In this document: positions 37,425 through 50,105 of the stretch, piece by piece
Layout of the letters: the number at the start of each line of letters is the position of its first letter
Numbering within the stretch: the stretch's first letter is position 1
Source: Anthoceros angustus
Taxonomy: Eukaryota > Plantae > Anthocerotophyta
Direction of reading: 5' to 3'
DNA: 64,000 nt
Assembly: GCA_010909165.1 (NCBI GenBank)
Contig: MU008160.1
Span: 1,984,001 to 2,048,000 of the forward strand
Made by a program: the position numbers and the translations under genes
The notes under the pieces: generated by a model
The model's input: only the letters and a program-made list of their open reading frames with translations
The model's database searches: none
Told to the model about the DNA's origin: nothing

Positions 37425-37489
37425 CCTCCTTCAGGAGGTTCGCGTGCCCCCACACATGGATCAAGAACGGCGGGCCGTGGGACTCTGAA

Positions 37490-38352
37490 GAAGGCGGACC
37501 TTGAGGTCCAGACTCGAAGAAGGCGGACCCGAGGTCCGGACTCTGAAGAAATTTGGACTCAGGTCCAGACTCTAGTGACGAGATTGGACCCTGAGGTCCA
37601 GACTCCAGAAAGAAGGCCGGATCCAGAGGTCCGGACTCCGGAGAGAAGACCGGACCTGGAAGTCCGGACTCCAGTGTCGAGACTGGACCTTGAGGTCCAG
37701 ACTCGGGGAGCAGAGGGGAGTCACCAATCACCTGCCCTGACGGAAGCATCTCTTAGAGGGCCCATTGACAGGGCCACTGCAAGGGAGGAGGGAGAGGAGG
37801 ACTTAGTGGTGACCGCCGTTGTCAGGCCGCCGCCGTGCTCGACCTGGAGTCTCGGGGAGGTAGGCACTCGCGGATCATCCGATTAGGTGCGCCGCGATTA
37901 TCGGCTAGGCTTGGGCCGCCAGGCGGAACCCGAGCAACCCCAACCCCACCGACCGGCGGCGGATAGGCGGAATAAGGGAGATAATGGCGGCGGCCAAAGG
38001 CCAGGCTGCCACCGGCTCGAAATGGTGTAATAAAACGCCGACCTTAGGCGTAGTATAAGAGGGCCGAGGCTGCTCTAGTAAAAGTATCTTTCTCTTGGTG
38101 TTGATGGCTTCCTTGCAGACCCTTGCGTCTTCTTGCTAACGTGAGTCTGAGTCCTTTGCACCAGCGGAGAGACTTATCCGAGTCTGGTGACGGACCCTAA
38201 CGTGGTGGTGTGTGCGGGGGCGAGCGGCCAGGACCCTTGCTGCGTCGAGGCGGCGCTAAGCGTTAGGCGGATGGAACATGTGAGCCGGAGGAACTCCGGG
38301 AGGGCGTGTAGAGCCCAGACGGAGAGGCCCGGTGAACGACGGAGGAGGTCCG
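37490..38352 (+). repeat. Truncated copy of the LTR family of 7399-8960
   Basis: 33-bp gaggtccggactccagaaagaaggccggac array, then sequence colinear with ~7990-8650. It is cut at 38353 by another LTR. Confidence 0.85.
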
Positions 38353-41300
38353 TGTGGAGTGTAACCTTGTGTCCCGGGACACCGTGAGGTCCACATTTAC
38401 CCTCAATGTCGTTGTAGTCTTGGGATTCGCTCCCAAGGGAATGATTTGTGCCAAGAGACGCTAACTTCTATCGTTACTGACCTTCACCTAAGTTAGGACT
38501 TTTCCTGCTATCCCTCCCCTCACCTATCTTTTCGTCTACTACTACCTCCCAACTTGTCTAACTACCACGGATCTTTCCACGACTCAAAACTTATTCCACG
38601 ACCTGGTTCCGAGCTACTACCGCGGTGGCTCTCCCTAAGGGTAGTTTACTTCGACTACCGAGGCGGGTCCCACACCAAACCCTAGCGACTCATCTCGCGC
38701 CAGGCGCGCGGATCCCATCACGGGCGGCTACCTTCTCCCGGATCAGTTTATTACGCACCCCACACTCGTACTCATACACATCGATTCTTAGGGACCAACG
38801 TTCCCACAGATCCCTCTCAACCTTCACACACACACACAGGCCGCCTTCACACAGTGGAAGGAATGATATTTCCTCTTGTGCTCACCTTCACGAGCACCGT
38901 TTGGGATCCTCTACGATCACGCAATTTCCAGCATTAGTCGCTTAGTTAGTTCTCCTCCTCAACTTCTCCATTTGCCACCTCGCGCCAGCGTCTGGTGCTC
39001 GACCACTCTTTCTTCTCCTCCTCGATTCACTTCTTCCACTTTTCTCTCTCTTTCGACACGCCCTCAGGCTTTCATCCACACACACCACATACACTCTTAA
39101 TTTCGGAACACAGCCAGCAGAAGGAAGGGTAAGGGGAGGAAGAATTCTCGGGCGTCACAGCAGGCGTTACGAGCAAGCTCCAGACCCGCCCCGCGCCAAT
39201 CCTTCGATTTCCCCTCCTCGTCGGGCGCTCACTCACCTCCCCTCGCCGTGCAGCAAGCTCTCGACCACCCCTAGGGCGTCTCGCACCCCCTACCTCATCG
39301 GTCGGACGTCTCCAACCAGCCACAGGCGTGGGGATCTCAACGAATTATCTGCCGCAGGGGCTAGTCGCCCCTCTTATACATCGGTGGCGCCATGCCGATT
39401 TTTAGGTCCCAAGATGGCTATCATGAAGGGCGCACCCACAATTCGGGCGATCTTAGGTCGGTGCGGCATCCTAACCAAATCTATCCTTAGGATGCTATCA
39501 CCTATCCACCTACGCTATCTGCGCGCCCTCCCTCGACTTGGCTGGCCGTCCTCCATCGCTGCGAGCCCTCACCCACGCCCGGCGGTCAGCAGTTTTCCCA
39601 CAATACTTCCACCTCGCTATCACTGCTGGACGTCCTAATTTGAGGTGTACTATGCCCTGGAGCTTCCGCGTCTTCCGCTTGGCGCCTATTGCTGAGGATT
39701 ATTACCGGTTCCTCGTCCACCCAAGCATGGACCTCCTCCTCACTTAACTCCTCCAAAGTCGCCTCCCCATAATAGGGGGCCAACCCCCACACTCGGGCGC
39801 AGTGGTAGAAGTATGCACTTCGAGTCCTCACTTGCGATGGGTAGGCCACAGTCCCTCCCCTCCTCCCGTGGCTACACCGTTGCTTGGCCCATGTCCTCGC
39901 GAGGTGCTTGGCACTCGCATCCTGTCGCTCCGCTCACAGCCGCTTGAGTTGGGCTCGCCAATGCGATGTGACTTCCGCTCTGCGGTGGTGGACTCCACGG
40001 CCGTCGTCTGAACAACCGGTAGGTGTTTGGCTACCGCGGTTCTGCTTCCTTCCTAGTTCCCACTACCCGATCGTGGTCTGCTACCTCGCTTCCCCTTTCC
40101 CTTATCCTTTCTGGCTCGGCCACGTGCCTCATCCGCTCCGTTTATGTTCACGACTTTGGACCTTCTCCACAGAGGCCGCCTCTTGCTCCTGGGCTCGCAA
40201 CAGCTCTCCTGCATCTCCTGGTTCGTCTCATGGGCATCCTTAATTTGAGCCATGAGCGCTTCCTGCTGACTCGACATGGCCTGTAACTTCTCCTGAGCCC
40301 TGCACAAATCCTCCTGAATCTTGGCCCTTTTTTCCTCTAGGTCTCGCTTGTCTTCCTCCAGTTGCTTGCGCTTGGCCTCCCCTTCGTCAAACCTGGCCTT
40401 CACTACTTCCTCCCGTCGCCCTTGCACATTGAGCCATGTGAGAGCCAAGGCCGCTTGATCTAACAAATCCGCTTGGGCCGGATCGCCGATGTGGTCGGCT
40501 CACCGCAAATCCACTGTTGTGGCGGCGCCATCCCCTCGAGCACTTTCCTTCCCAGCAAGGTCGCACCCTCCTGGTCAGTGCATCCGCCACGGGAGTCCTT
40601 TGAAAATCTCCTCCCATCTTTGAGGAGGTCCGCTTCGAGGTCAGCCCTAATTCCTCCGGGGTTGGTTCGCCATCTGCATCGAGTCGACTGCCGGTCTTCC
40701 TCCGTCGCGCCTCTTCTTCCGCCACCTCAACTGCCGATTGGCCTTTACTTTTCGCTTGTATCGACTGGTGGCGTCCACTTCACCTTTTAGGCCGTTTGCC
40801 ACCCGGTCTTCCTCTTCTTCTTTGGTGGAAATTTCCTTCTCTTCCTCAGGCGCCGTCGCCACGGACTCCCGGTATGTCAGTTCCTCGATTTCCTCCTTGG
40901 GCTCCTCCGCCTTCCACTTCACCTCCCTAACCGGCTTCCACATGTGAAGGGAGGCCACAATTTCTACCTCTGGCAGGCAGTTAGCATGCGCATAAAGATG
41001 GACCAGGAAAGGTGAAATTAGAGAGGGCCGAGGGGTAGGAGCAATCAGGTTCAACCTCTCTTCACACAATTTGTCGAAGAATCCCCAATCGATTTTCGCC
41101 CCTTACAACTTCATGGAGGAGCAATGACAGTGGTCGGACAAATAATCCTGCTTCTTGTCTTGTGAAACATGCCATCGGACCCATCAAGCTAGCTGTTGCC
41201 AAATTGCGTCGACCGGCCGTTGGGTTCCGATTCGCCTTAACGGTACTGCTGCTTCTTCTTTGTGCTCCTCTTCCGGGAAGGTTCCATCACCAGACCACCT

Positions 41301-42000
41301 GCCTCCTCCTTGCTGCGCCCATACACCCTTCTAACCAATTCCAGATCCCAATCCTGGGGCTTCGCTCTAATCCCTTCGCCCGATTGCTTGCCTTTCAGAT
41401 GGCGGGCGCACTCCTGTACCAGTCCCAGGTTCACGTAATTCCAGCGCTTCTCCATGAAGCCCAGCCCCAGCTCCTTCACCAATTCCCCAGCTCGGACTTT
41501 CCAATGATCCATGTTTGGCCATTGGGCAAGCACAATCTCAGCTGTGACCTTGGGCGCCATCCCTCCACAGCAGTCTTCCGAGTCTCGCGCCTCAAATCAG
41601 CGACACTTCTGCGAATTTCCTGGCGGGGTCAGTCTCCAGGGTTCCTACCTCCTCTAGCTTCGCGACTCGCGATGTCACTGATGGAAGTTCGGAGCTCCTT
41701 CCCTTCATGGAGTCGCCCAGCGCCTCCTGCAGACGATGTCCGGGCAGCTCCTCGGACTCGGCGATCCGGCCGTCGCGCTCCGCCGCTTCGCTCCGTCCCG
41801 GCCCGTTGCGCTCCGTTATGCGAGCGGACTTCATCATTTCCTAGGGTTAAGTCCCCCAAGTTCCCCTACCCCTGTTCGGCTTCTACGACCGCTCGCTCTA
41901 CTCCCCAATCCACAACCCCACACTCATTCAGCTACCGCTCACTTGGTTGACTCCAAACCTATAGACCATCACTCCCTACTTATACCAATCCCCTACCTCA
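38353..42000 (-). mobile_element. 3' part of a Gypsy-type element: 3' LTR (38353-38808), polypurine tract and a degenerate extra ORF (~39850-41600)
   Basis: LTR TGTGG..CCCACA with the PPT (minus-strand gagagggatc) adjacent at 38809-38818. Minus-strand ORF fragments (KELGLGFMEKRWNYVNLGLVQEC; IDWGFF..SLISPFLVHLYAHANCL; then a coiled coil) lie in the pol-to-3'LTR position. The right boundary is approximate. Confidence 0.65.
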
Positions 42001-42439
42001 CATATATAGACCTTTAGTGGACATCCCAAGTCCATGGGCCAAGGAACATTGAGTTCCCGGACCCTTTATTATCTAATCTAATAAAAACAAAAAAAACCAT
42101 AGGCCAAGGACGTTTCTCTTATAAATACCTTTGCCTACTGTCAACCTGACTTATTTTCACACCAAACTTGACCAAAAAACAAAAAAAACTACCTCAAGCA
42201 CATTTCAGCAGGGGGTTTCCGAGTCTAAGTCGTTGGTCGGACCCATGACCCTTATTTTTCCAAAAGGATGCCCGAGTGTCGCAGAGATGTGGAGATTTTA
42301 GCGTGGTGATTTTAAATGATAATTAGGTAAGAGGACGGACTAGAAGTATGAGGAGGGCTAGAGATGAATGCAGATGTGACGACTCGCAGCGTTTGGCCTC
42401 ACCGAGCACATTAGAATTAGTGTGTCTGCAGTAAGCACA

Positions 42440-43035
42440 GATTCATATAAGCACTTCCTCGACCAACAACCAAGCAAACAAATCTAATGCAGAATATAGG
42501 TGCAAACCCGGTAATAACGAGGAGTAGCTGCGCCGTGGCACACACTCTCCCACGAACAACACGCAAATTCCTCACATCGCTCTCGGGTCATAGCTTTGGC
42601 CTCCTCGCTTGCCTTGCATTGCATATCTAGAGGACAAGCTATGATATGAGCTTGTCCTCAATGGAAGGGTCTATATATACTAGACCCTTGCATCGGCATA
42701 TTCCTAAGATATCCTATTGGCATCGGATATGCCGGAAATATCCTAAGAATACACTATAATATGCAAGGAATATGCCAAAGCATATTACTTGAGCTTATCC
42801 ATAGCTATTGTATCCTAAGAATACACTATAATATGCAAGGAATATGCCAAAACATATTACTTGAGCTTATCCATAGCTATTGCTAACCATGTTTAATTAA
42901 CACTAATCAATGCTTAATTAACATAAGCACATTAGATTAATTAACACTAATCACTTACTTAAAGATAAGTAATTAGATTAATTAATGCTAATCAAACACT
43001 AAACCCAAGTGCAGATTAGTATCCACGGCATGACG
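42440..43035 (+). repeat. Dispersed LTR-like repeat, copy 1
   Basis: Colinear with 60285-60845, including a gaggacaagct..agcttgtcctc hairpin and gggtctatatatactag. Contains a 72-bp tandem duplication (42739-42882). Confidence 0.8.
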
Positions 43036-43039
43036 ATGG

Positions 43040-45273
43040 ACATCACGGGTAGATAGTAGCGGAAGCGATAAGCGTGTCGTTTAAGTGCAGAAGCAGTCGG
43101 AAGCAGTTGAAGCGCAAACGGGCCCATCATTCTCTTGGGAGCGGACTCCTTACTACAAGCGACACGGGATTGTGGGCGCCGGGCGGCGTCGGTGGCGCCC
43201 ACGAGGCGAGAGGACTTGGTGGAGAAGTGGCATCTGGACATCTTCAACGCGGTGTGGACGTTCGACACCCTCACACTTATCGGGGAATGCAGGAAGATCT
43301 TGGCCGCCGCTAACAAGGAGGTCCGCTCCAAAAGCTTGAGGAGGACCTACAATTGAATGATGGAGTCTGAGGCGGTTTCCAACCCTTGATGGAATTGGGG
43401 TGTAGTTCGGGCCTCTCAAGGTGGGGAAGGTAGAAGCCGGCGGCGATCTTTCGCGACCGAGGGGCCGCGGCGGTCGTCAAATGGTGATGTCGGACTGTGG
43501 CTAGGCGGGTGAGGGCAGTGGCTAAGGTCATTGTCCATAGGAACATGCTCACCAAGGTGGATCACCTTGGTGATAATCTTTAGTGTTCTTGCCGCCCTCG
43601 GTAAGAACAGCAGGCCGATTGAGGCGTATTATCCTCGCCCGGATCAGTCAGGAGGCCAGGAAGCTACGGAGCGAGAAGCCACCTCCGTCAGCACTGTCCC
43701 CATTCCTCATTCATGTGTGGGGACACCTCAACCTCTAAAGGAGGGAGAGAGAGGCGCTTGAGAGGGTTGGCCTGCCCGAGGCTAGGCGGGAAAGGCGGCG
43801 CGCGAGGCGGAGGCCCGACCTCCTGAGGCCAAATGGGCGAGAGGACTTGGTGGAGGCATACGGACATCTTCAGCGGTGTGGACGTTCGACACCCTCACAC
43901 TTATCGGGGAATAAGCAGGAAGATGCGGCCGCCGCTAACAGGAGGTCCGCTCCAAAAGCTTGAGGAGGACCCTACGAGGTGGACCGTGGAGGTCACGGTG
44001 ATTTCCAAGCCCGATGTGGAAAGGGGTGTAGTGTCGGAGCCTCTCAGGTGAGGGGAAGGTAGAAGCGGCGGCGTCTTTGCGACCGAGGCGGCCGGTCGTC
44101 AAGCAGCGGTGGGCGATGTCGAGGACCTGGCAGCCATGAGGCGGTGGCTAAGGTCATTGTCCATAGGAACATGTACTCTGGGTGGATCACCTTGGTGATA
44201 ATCTTTAGTGTTCTTGCCGCCCTATTGGGGCAAGCGGGCCGATTGAGGCGTATTATCCTCGCCGGATCGGTCGGGAGGCGAGCTGGCGAGAAGCCACCTC
44301 CGTCGTACTGTCCCCATTCCTCATTCATGTGTGGGGACACCTCAACCTCTAAAGGAGGGAGAGGCGGGCGCTTAGGAAGGGTTGGCGGCCTGACTGGGCG
44401 CAGGAAAGGCGGGCGCGAGAGGCAGGCCGACCTCCTAGGCCAAATGGGCAGAAGGGCCGATGATTGGGAGGGATTCGGACTCCATCCGGCTAGGCGGACC
44501 CCTCGCCGCCCGAGGTATGGGAGGATATCCTTGCCTCCCTCCTTGGTCCGGAGGCGGAGGTGCACTGCCGGACGGAGTACCTACGGGAAGGGGCTGGGCG
44601 GCGCACCCGGCCGGCAACCGCCATAGCCGCGGCCAGGCCAGACGAAGCAGTCGTCGAGGCGGAAGGTGGCTCCCACCAGCAGTGCCAAGGAGCATACGGT
44701 GCCTGCTACCCACGGGTGGCGGAGGAGGCATGGGAGGCGGAGGGGCGCCCGAGGCGAGGCCTTGGCGGCCACATCCGGGCCCGTCTTGTCTCCGGCAGAG
44801 AGGAAGCAGCGACTCCGGACTCCCTCGCCGCCACCAAGCCCAAAGCAGGCAGGCGGCGAAGGCTAGCCAAAGCGGCCAAGGAAGTGGAAGGCGGACAGGC
44901 ACCCGGAGGTCTGAGGTCTGATCAGTCCGGAGGCAGTCCGGACTCACTCGGACCATGATCTGGGTCCTTAGCGGATAGGAGATGCCACCACAGCCGGACT
45001 TCTTGGGTGCCTCACCAGTAGCGGCCGTGGAAGAAACAGCGGAGTTTGGCTACCGTCATGGCGGTGTCTCACGATAGCTACGTCATGGAGATATGTGAAG
45101 GGAGATTCGACTTTCAACTCTTGGCGAGGTATGAGAAGGAGTTCCCGATCGAGAATCCCCTGGAATAACATGTTTCTCTCCCTGCATCTTAACGATTTAT
45201 TTAACTTCACCTCCAAAGTACATTTTAACACATAAGTTACAGCTCTACACACACCTCGTACGAGTGGTGTCAC
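43040..45273. mobile_element. Rearranged Gypsy-type remnant with a ~635-bp internal tandem duplication
   Basis: LTR-end motif at 43126-43175. The segment starting gcgagaggacttggtggag occurs at ~43205 and ~43838. GC-rich, many broken ORFs, boundaries approximate. Confidence 0.55.
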
Positions 45274-46269
45274 AAGCTTTTACAAGTTACAGACATAACT
45301 AGTCAATAACATCACAAGTCATGTCAGCGGAAGGAAGGGAGACAAAGCCTCAAACAGTTGGGAGCTTGTTGCTAATTGATAAAAGGCTTTTTTTATCACT
45401 AAAACAAAACCTTAAACGGTATGCGGTACTAAAGATAATAATTTTATGCGAATCCGTTTCTATTCAGAATTGCCTCTTAGATAGGAAACTGTTGGAGCTG
45501 TTAGCTAAAACTAATCCAAGTGATGAGCGGTTGAGAAAGAGATACTATACAAAGAAGAGTTAACGTTGAATACGTATTCATAGTAATTTCTTAATTGGGA
45601 ATCCTTTGTAGCATGTAAGAAGATGTAGAGACCAATTCAAGAAAATACCTATTCTATCACCGATTGAGAAATGAATACTATTAAAGGAAGAGCTCAAATT
45701 GAATATATGTTAGTAGTAATTTCTTATTTGAAATCCTCCATAGCATATAAGGAGTTGTGGGGTTAAGGAGCTTTACATTGAGAACTCTTCGAAAAAGAGA
45801 AGCCTCATAGTATGCTGGCACATTTTACCACGTAAAGATCAAGGAGTAGCTCTCACTGAAAAATTGGTTTGGGAGGCATCTTGGGAGGAGGTCGATTACT
45901 CGAAGACTTTGGAGTTGGTAGATTATTTGAAGGCTTAGAATACAACAAGGTTATTTGAGAATTACTGTGGCGTTTATGCTAGGATTACTGTGGACATAGC
46001 TATAATTGTTGTGGGTTATTGTTTTATTATTTTACTAACTACGCTCCTACCAATTTTTAAAGTAACAAAAGTAGGTGTTTATGTGCAATTGGTCACCACA
46101 ATCAAAGTGAGAAAAATAATATTTTAATTTGTTTTGGACATGTGGGACAATCATGAAGCTCATGAAAAAACAATATTGAGTATCTAAAATTATTAATCAC
46201 TAAAATCAATGAGATTCTTAATTATCTTTCTCTTTCATTTTATCACAGGTGTTAGGTACCAAGGTAGAC

Positions 46270-46742
46270 ATGGCCAACAAGTTAGTCCTCTTATTGCTGC
46301 TAATATTATGTAGCACGCTTGTTTTTGTCAGTGCGGGTAGGAGCATGCCTTCCATTAAATATGGTAAGCAATTAGTTTAGTTTTCTTGAGTGTTATTATA
46401 TGCATGTTTAGATTAATATGTATTTAAGTTTTTATTATAAAATAAATTTTCATGTTATATGTCATAGGTCGGTCCCATACAGCTGTAATTTACGATCCAA
46501 TGATGAAGATGACGGGGGAAATAAAGGACGACACAACTCCGGATGTGGATGATGACGTGCCTGATGTTAACGAGCCTTACGTTCCTTATGCTGATGAGCC
46601 AATGTCCTTAGATGCTCCTACACCATATGATGACAATGATTTCACTCCAGATGACAATAATAGTACCACACCCTTGAGCATAACAGATTTTGATGATTAT
46701 CCTTCTGAGGATTTTGTGCCTTCTCCCCTAAATCATGAGTAG
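46270..46742 (+). CDS. Small secreted acidic protein (122 aa), candidate peptide-hormone precursor
   Basis: Exons 46270-46363 and 46468-46742 (GT-AG, phase 1). Signal peptide MANKLVLLLLLILCSTLVFVSA-GR, Asp/Pro-rich spacer, C-terminus DYPSEDFVPSPLNHE*. A probable 5'UTR intron acceptor lies at ~46248. Confidence 0.8.
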
Positions 46743-49106
46743 TATATCATATTTTGATGTCATTGATAGGAATTCCTACATTATTTTTTTAATTTGTATT
46801 TATGTTTGGATAATTTTATTGTATAATTAGCCTTGAGTTTATTAGATGATCCCACATGTAACAGAAGTCTTAGCTCATGAAAGTTATCACAAAATGATTT
46901 TTGAGCAAATTGCGTTAAAGATTCACCAAGGATATCATGAGTATACATGTGGGTGAGTTGTAAATCTAAGAACACTTGAGGGATGAAGTCACGGGTTTGA
47001 ATATATTGCACTTATATATCAACCGTTTCATTTTCTTTCATAGATCGAATGTAAGGCGGTCACGTACAAGCCCCACCATATGTATTGCGTAGCTTGACTA
47101 TGGAGGGGTGCTATAGTGCAGTAGTCAAGGCGATGCGGTGCTGTGATGAGTGAGTCGAGTAGATGCGAGGCCGATGCGGTGCTGTGATCTGAGGTGGTCA
47201 GTCAGGTGCAGGCCCGATACTGCAGAGGCCTCCTCTGCGGGCAGTAGTGGCCGTTACGTTATTGCCATTTCCTCTTTTTAGAGTAAATTCAATCAAGTGT
47301 ACGGTGCTGCTAAATTTGATGAAATCTGCGCTGCCCTGAGGGTATGGAATGATGCTCATTTTCCGTTGTTGTGTGAATCGCAAAGTTTCGATTTTGCCCG
47401 GGCTGAAATACGATGAACGGCAGTGAGTGATGGAATGTGACTCTAACGATGGGTCGATCGTCGACCATCAGTTCACTTTTGTGTACGGGTGTCAACACTT
47501 TGAGAACAACCCGCTGGGATGTTAATTATGAAGAAGCTTGCAGGTTTGGATGCTTGAAAGGATGAGGAGTTGGGATGTGAATGCCCGTAAATATGCACGC
47601 TCCATTCCTCTTGTTTCCCTGCTAAGTTTGGAGACAAATTGGATTAGTATACGTGCTGATGGAGTCATCTCCTTGCAAAGCTTGAGGGTATGACAGAAGT
47701 GGTTGTCCAAAACAACTATTTTCAAAGAGATAAATGGTGTTGTTGTGCGAATGACAGGGTGAGTTTACAAGCCTCCCCCTTTTATGGTACTTCGGTGGCA
47801 TGCTGTTGAATGTGCAACCCTCTAGTAGAGCAAGGTTAAAGGTTTGTCAGTAACAATGTTTGGCAAGTCTACGATTGCCCTAACAAAAAGCCGGGTTGAA
47901 TGGCAGGACTATTGGAAGGTGAGATATTTCTTTAGAATCTTGCTATTATTGTAGTCAGCGCTAGGTACTCACTCATGGGTGTGAGCATGGTTAGGTGACC
48001 ACTAATTTCGGAAATGGGCGAAACCGTCTCTAAGTGGTGTTTTGCATTACGTTCAGATTTCTTAACAATTGAAATTATGCCCATTTTGACCGATATTTTT
48101 AGGGCTATTCGTTTTTAACTTCATAGATATATTTAATTTTTTTTTGGAAAATTGATTTATTTGATATATTATTGGTTTAAGTCTTGCTATATATGCTAGG
48201 GACAATTTATTATACAAACTCGTAAGTGACCGGAGGCGGAAGCGGGGAGGCGGAAGCAGCGGGATGCTCGTTGACTTTTAAGGGTGATAATGAGGTTATC
48301 CACTTCCATCACCGTGCTCTAATGTTGAGACTCACAAGCATTGGATTTGTGCATGCATCACGCGAGCTGAGCTCAACAACGGCAGGCGTGAGGGGCGGTT
48401 GTCGACCATGTGGAGTCCCTACATGGGTTTTGCTAGAGCTATGTCGTGCGGGCAATAGGTGGTGTGTGGCGGTGATTGTGTGCGCAGGGTCGGAACCATT
48501 TCTTACGGCCGGTTGGTAGCTCGGTGGTGCAGGCGGTGGCGGTGGCTTTGTGCGAGGCGTTTGGGTCCGGGTCGTCGGCGACCTTTTCGTGGAACGTGGG
48601 CGTTGTGGTGCGGCAAGGCGGTGGTGTGGCGGCGAACTCAGGCCACCAGCTTGGTTTTCCTGGTGAGTCCCTATATGTCTTCTAGAGCTTTCGTCGCGGA
48701 ATAGTAGGTGTGTGGCGGTGAGTCTGTGAGAACCGGAGAACGGTTTCTGGCCGGTTGGGAGCTCGGTGGTGCAGGCAATAGGCGGTGGGTTTGTGCGGAA
48801 GGCGTTTGGGTTCGCCGGCCGTGCGGCGATCCGCCTTCACCGAACGAGGAGTGCGGCCAAGCAGGGGGAGTGGTGCGGACAAAAGGCCCGTGAGGTGAAG
48901 GACACCATGTCACTAGCAGTAGGGTGAAGGCTCGGCGTGTGGCGGGAGCGGCTGGCGATACTTCCGGTGGTGTGGCGCCTCTGTGCAAGCAAGATGGGCG
49001 AGGCGCTAGGCGCCGGTGAAGCTAGGTTGGATAGGCGCAAAGGTGTCTGCTCTGCAAGGACACGACATTCTGAAAAATTCGGGGGAGCATTGGTGTTGGC
49101 ACTACG

Positions 49107-49986
49107 GTGATATGGAATTGTCAACTACGGTGTGAATGTGAGATGTCTTTGAACTACGTTGGACTAAAGGAGGCTATTGGAGGTGAAGATGAGATCAAGA
49201 GGCATTTTGGGGATGTCACTAATGGGAACGATGGATACCTCTTGGGGATCACAGACCTACTGTCTGACATAGAGTGGACGCATGTTGATAGTCTTGTTGA
49301 GAAGCTGTATGGGCGGGCTCCCACGGCTGTTGCATCGCAAAGGGTGCCACGGTTTGTGGCACTTGGGTTCCTAATCGAGAAGAAGCTTGGCAAGCGTGTG
49401 AATTGGTTTGAGTACTATTTAGCTGTTGAGAAGAGGAAGCAGGATAAGGCAGATGCGATGGAGAAGAAATCACAGGTTGTGGAAGTCCCATCTGCAGAGA
49501 ATACAAACGATTCTTCACAGCCTGTTGTGGTGGCAGGTGATGATGCAGGAGCGGAGGTTGATGTGGAAGAGTGTTCCACTCACAGCCGAGCGGAGCGAGC
49601 GACCACGAGGCGATCCTCGGCAATCTGGAGCTCTCCGAGTTGGGAAGAGGAAGCCTGAAGGCCATGAAGAACGGACCTCCGTGCAAAGAATGTAGAAGAG
49701 GCAAGAAGGGGACGAGTCTCCAATTGATTCTGCGGTGGCGGCGAGAAAAGTGACACTGGCCGGCTCGTGTCTTGAGCCATGGGCACCAAAGGTTGTCATG
49801 GATGAGGTCCTGGAAAAATTGTGCGAGTTGGAAGCTTGTCTGCGGAGGAGGTTGTTTGTCAAAAGATGGGAGGAGGCACTCTTGGATTTGGGCAACACCA
49901 AGGTCCAGCTTGCCGACATGGTCATGAATAGTGGAGGGCTTGGCGAGGTATTCGCGAGACTACTGCTGACATTGAAGTGCATGTGA
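49107..49986 (+). pseudogene. Degenerate ORF, probably a transposon-associated extra ORF
   Basis: HVDSLVEKLYGRAP..VPRFVALGFLIEKKLGKRVNWFEYY followed by a frameshifted, low-complexity tail. No firm domain assignment. Confidence 0.4.
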
Positions 49987-50105
49987 CAAAACTAAATATT
50001 CGAGGGTGTTTGACCCGGTTGAAGGAGAAAAAAGCGCGAGGAACAAGCTCCGGACACCACAGCTTCTCTTGAAAACATGAGGATGTTCTCCAGTAGCGTT
50101 CAACG

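Noticed and set aside
47050-49100. Possible LTR starting TGTAAG at 47050 and a diverged ~130-bp repeat (~48459 and ~48706)
   Set aside because: No matching terminus, TSD or PBS found. Probably TE-derived but cannot be classified.
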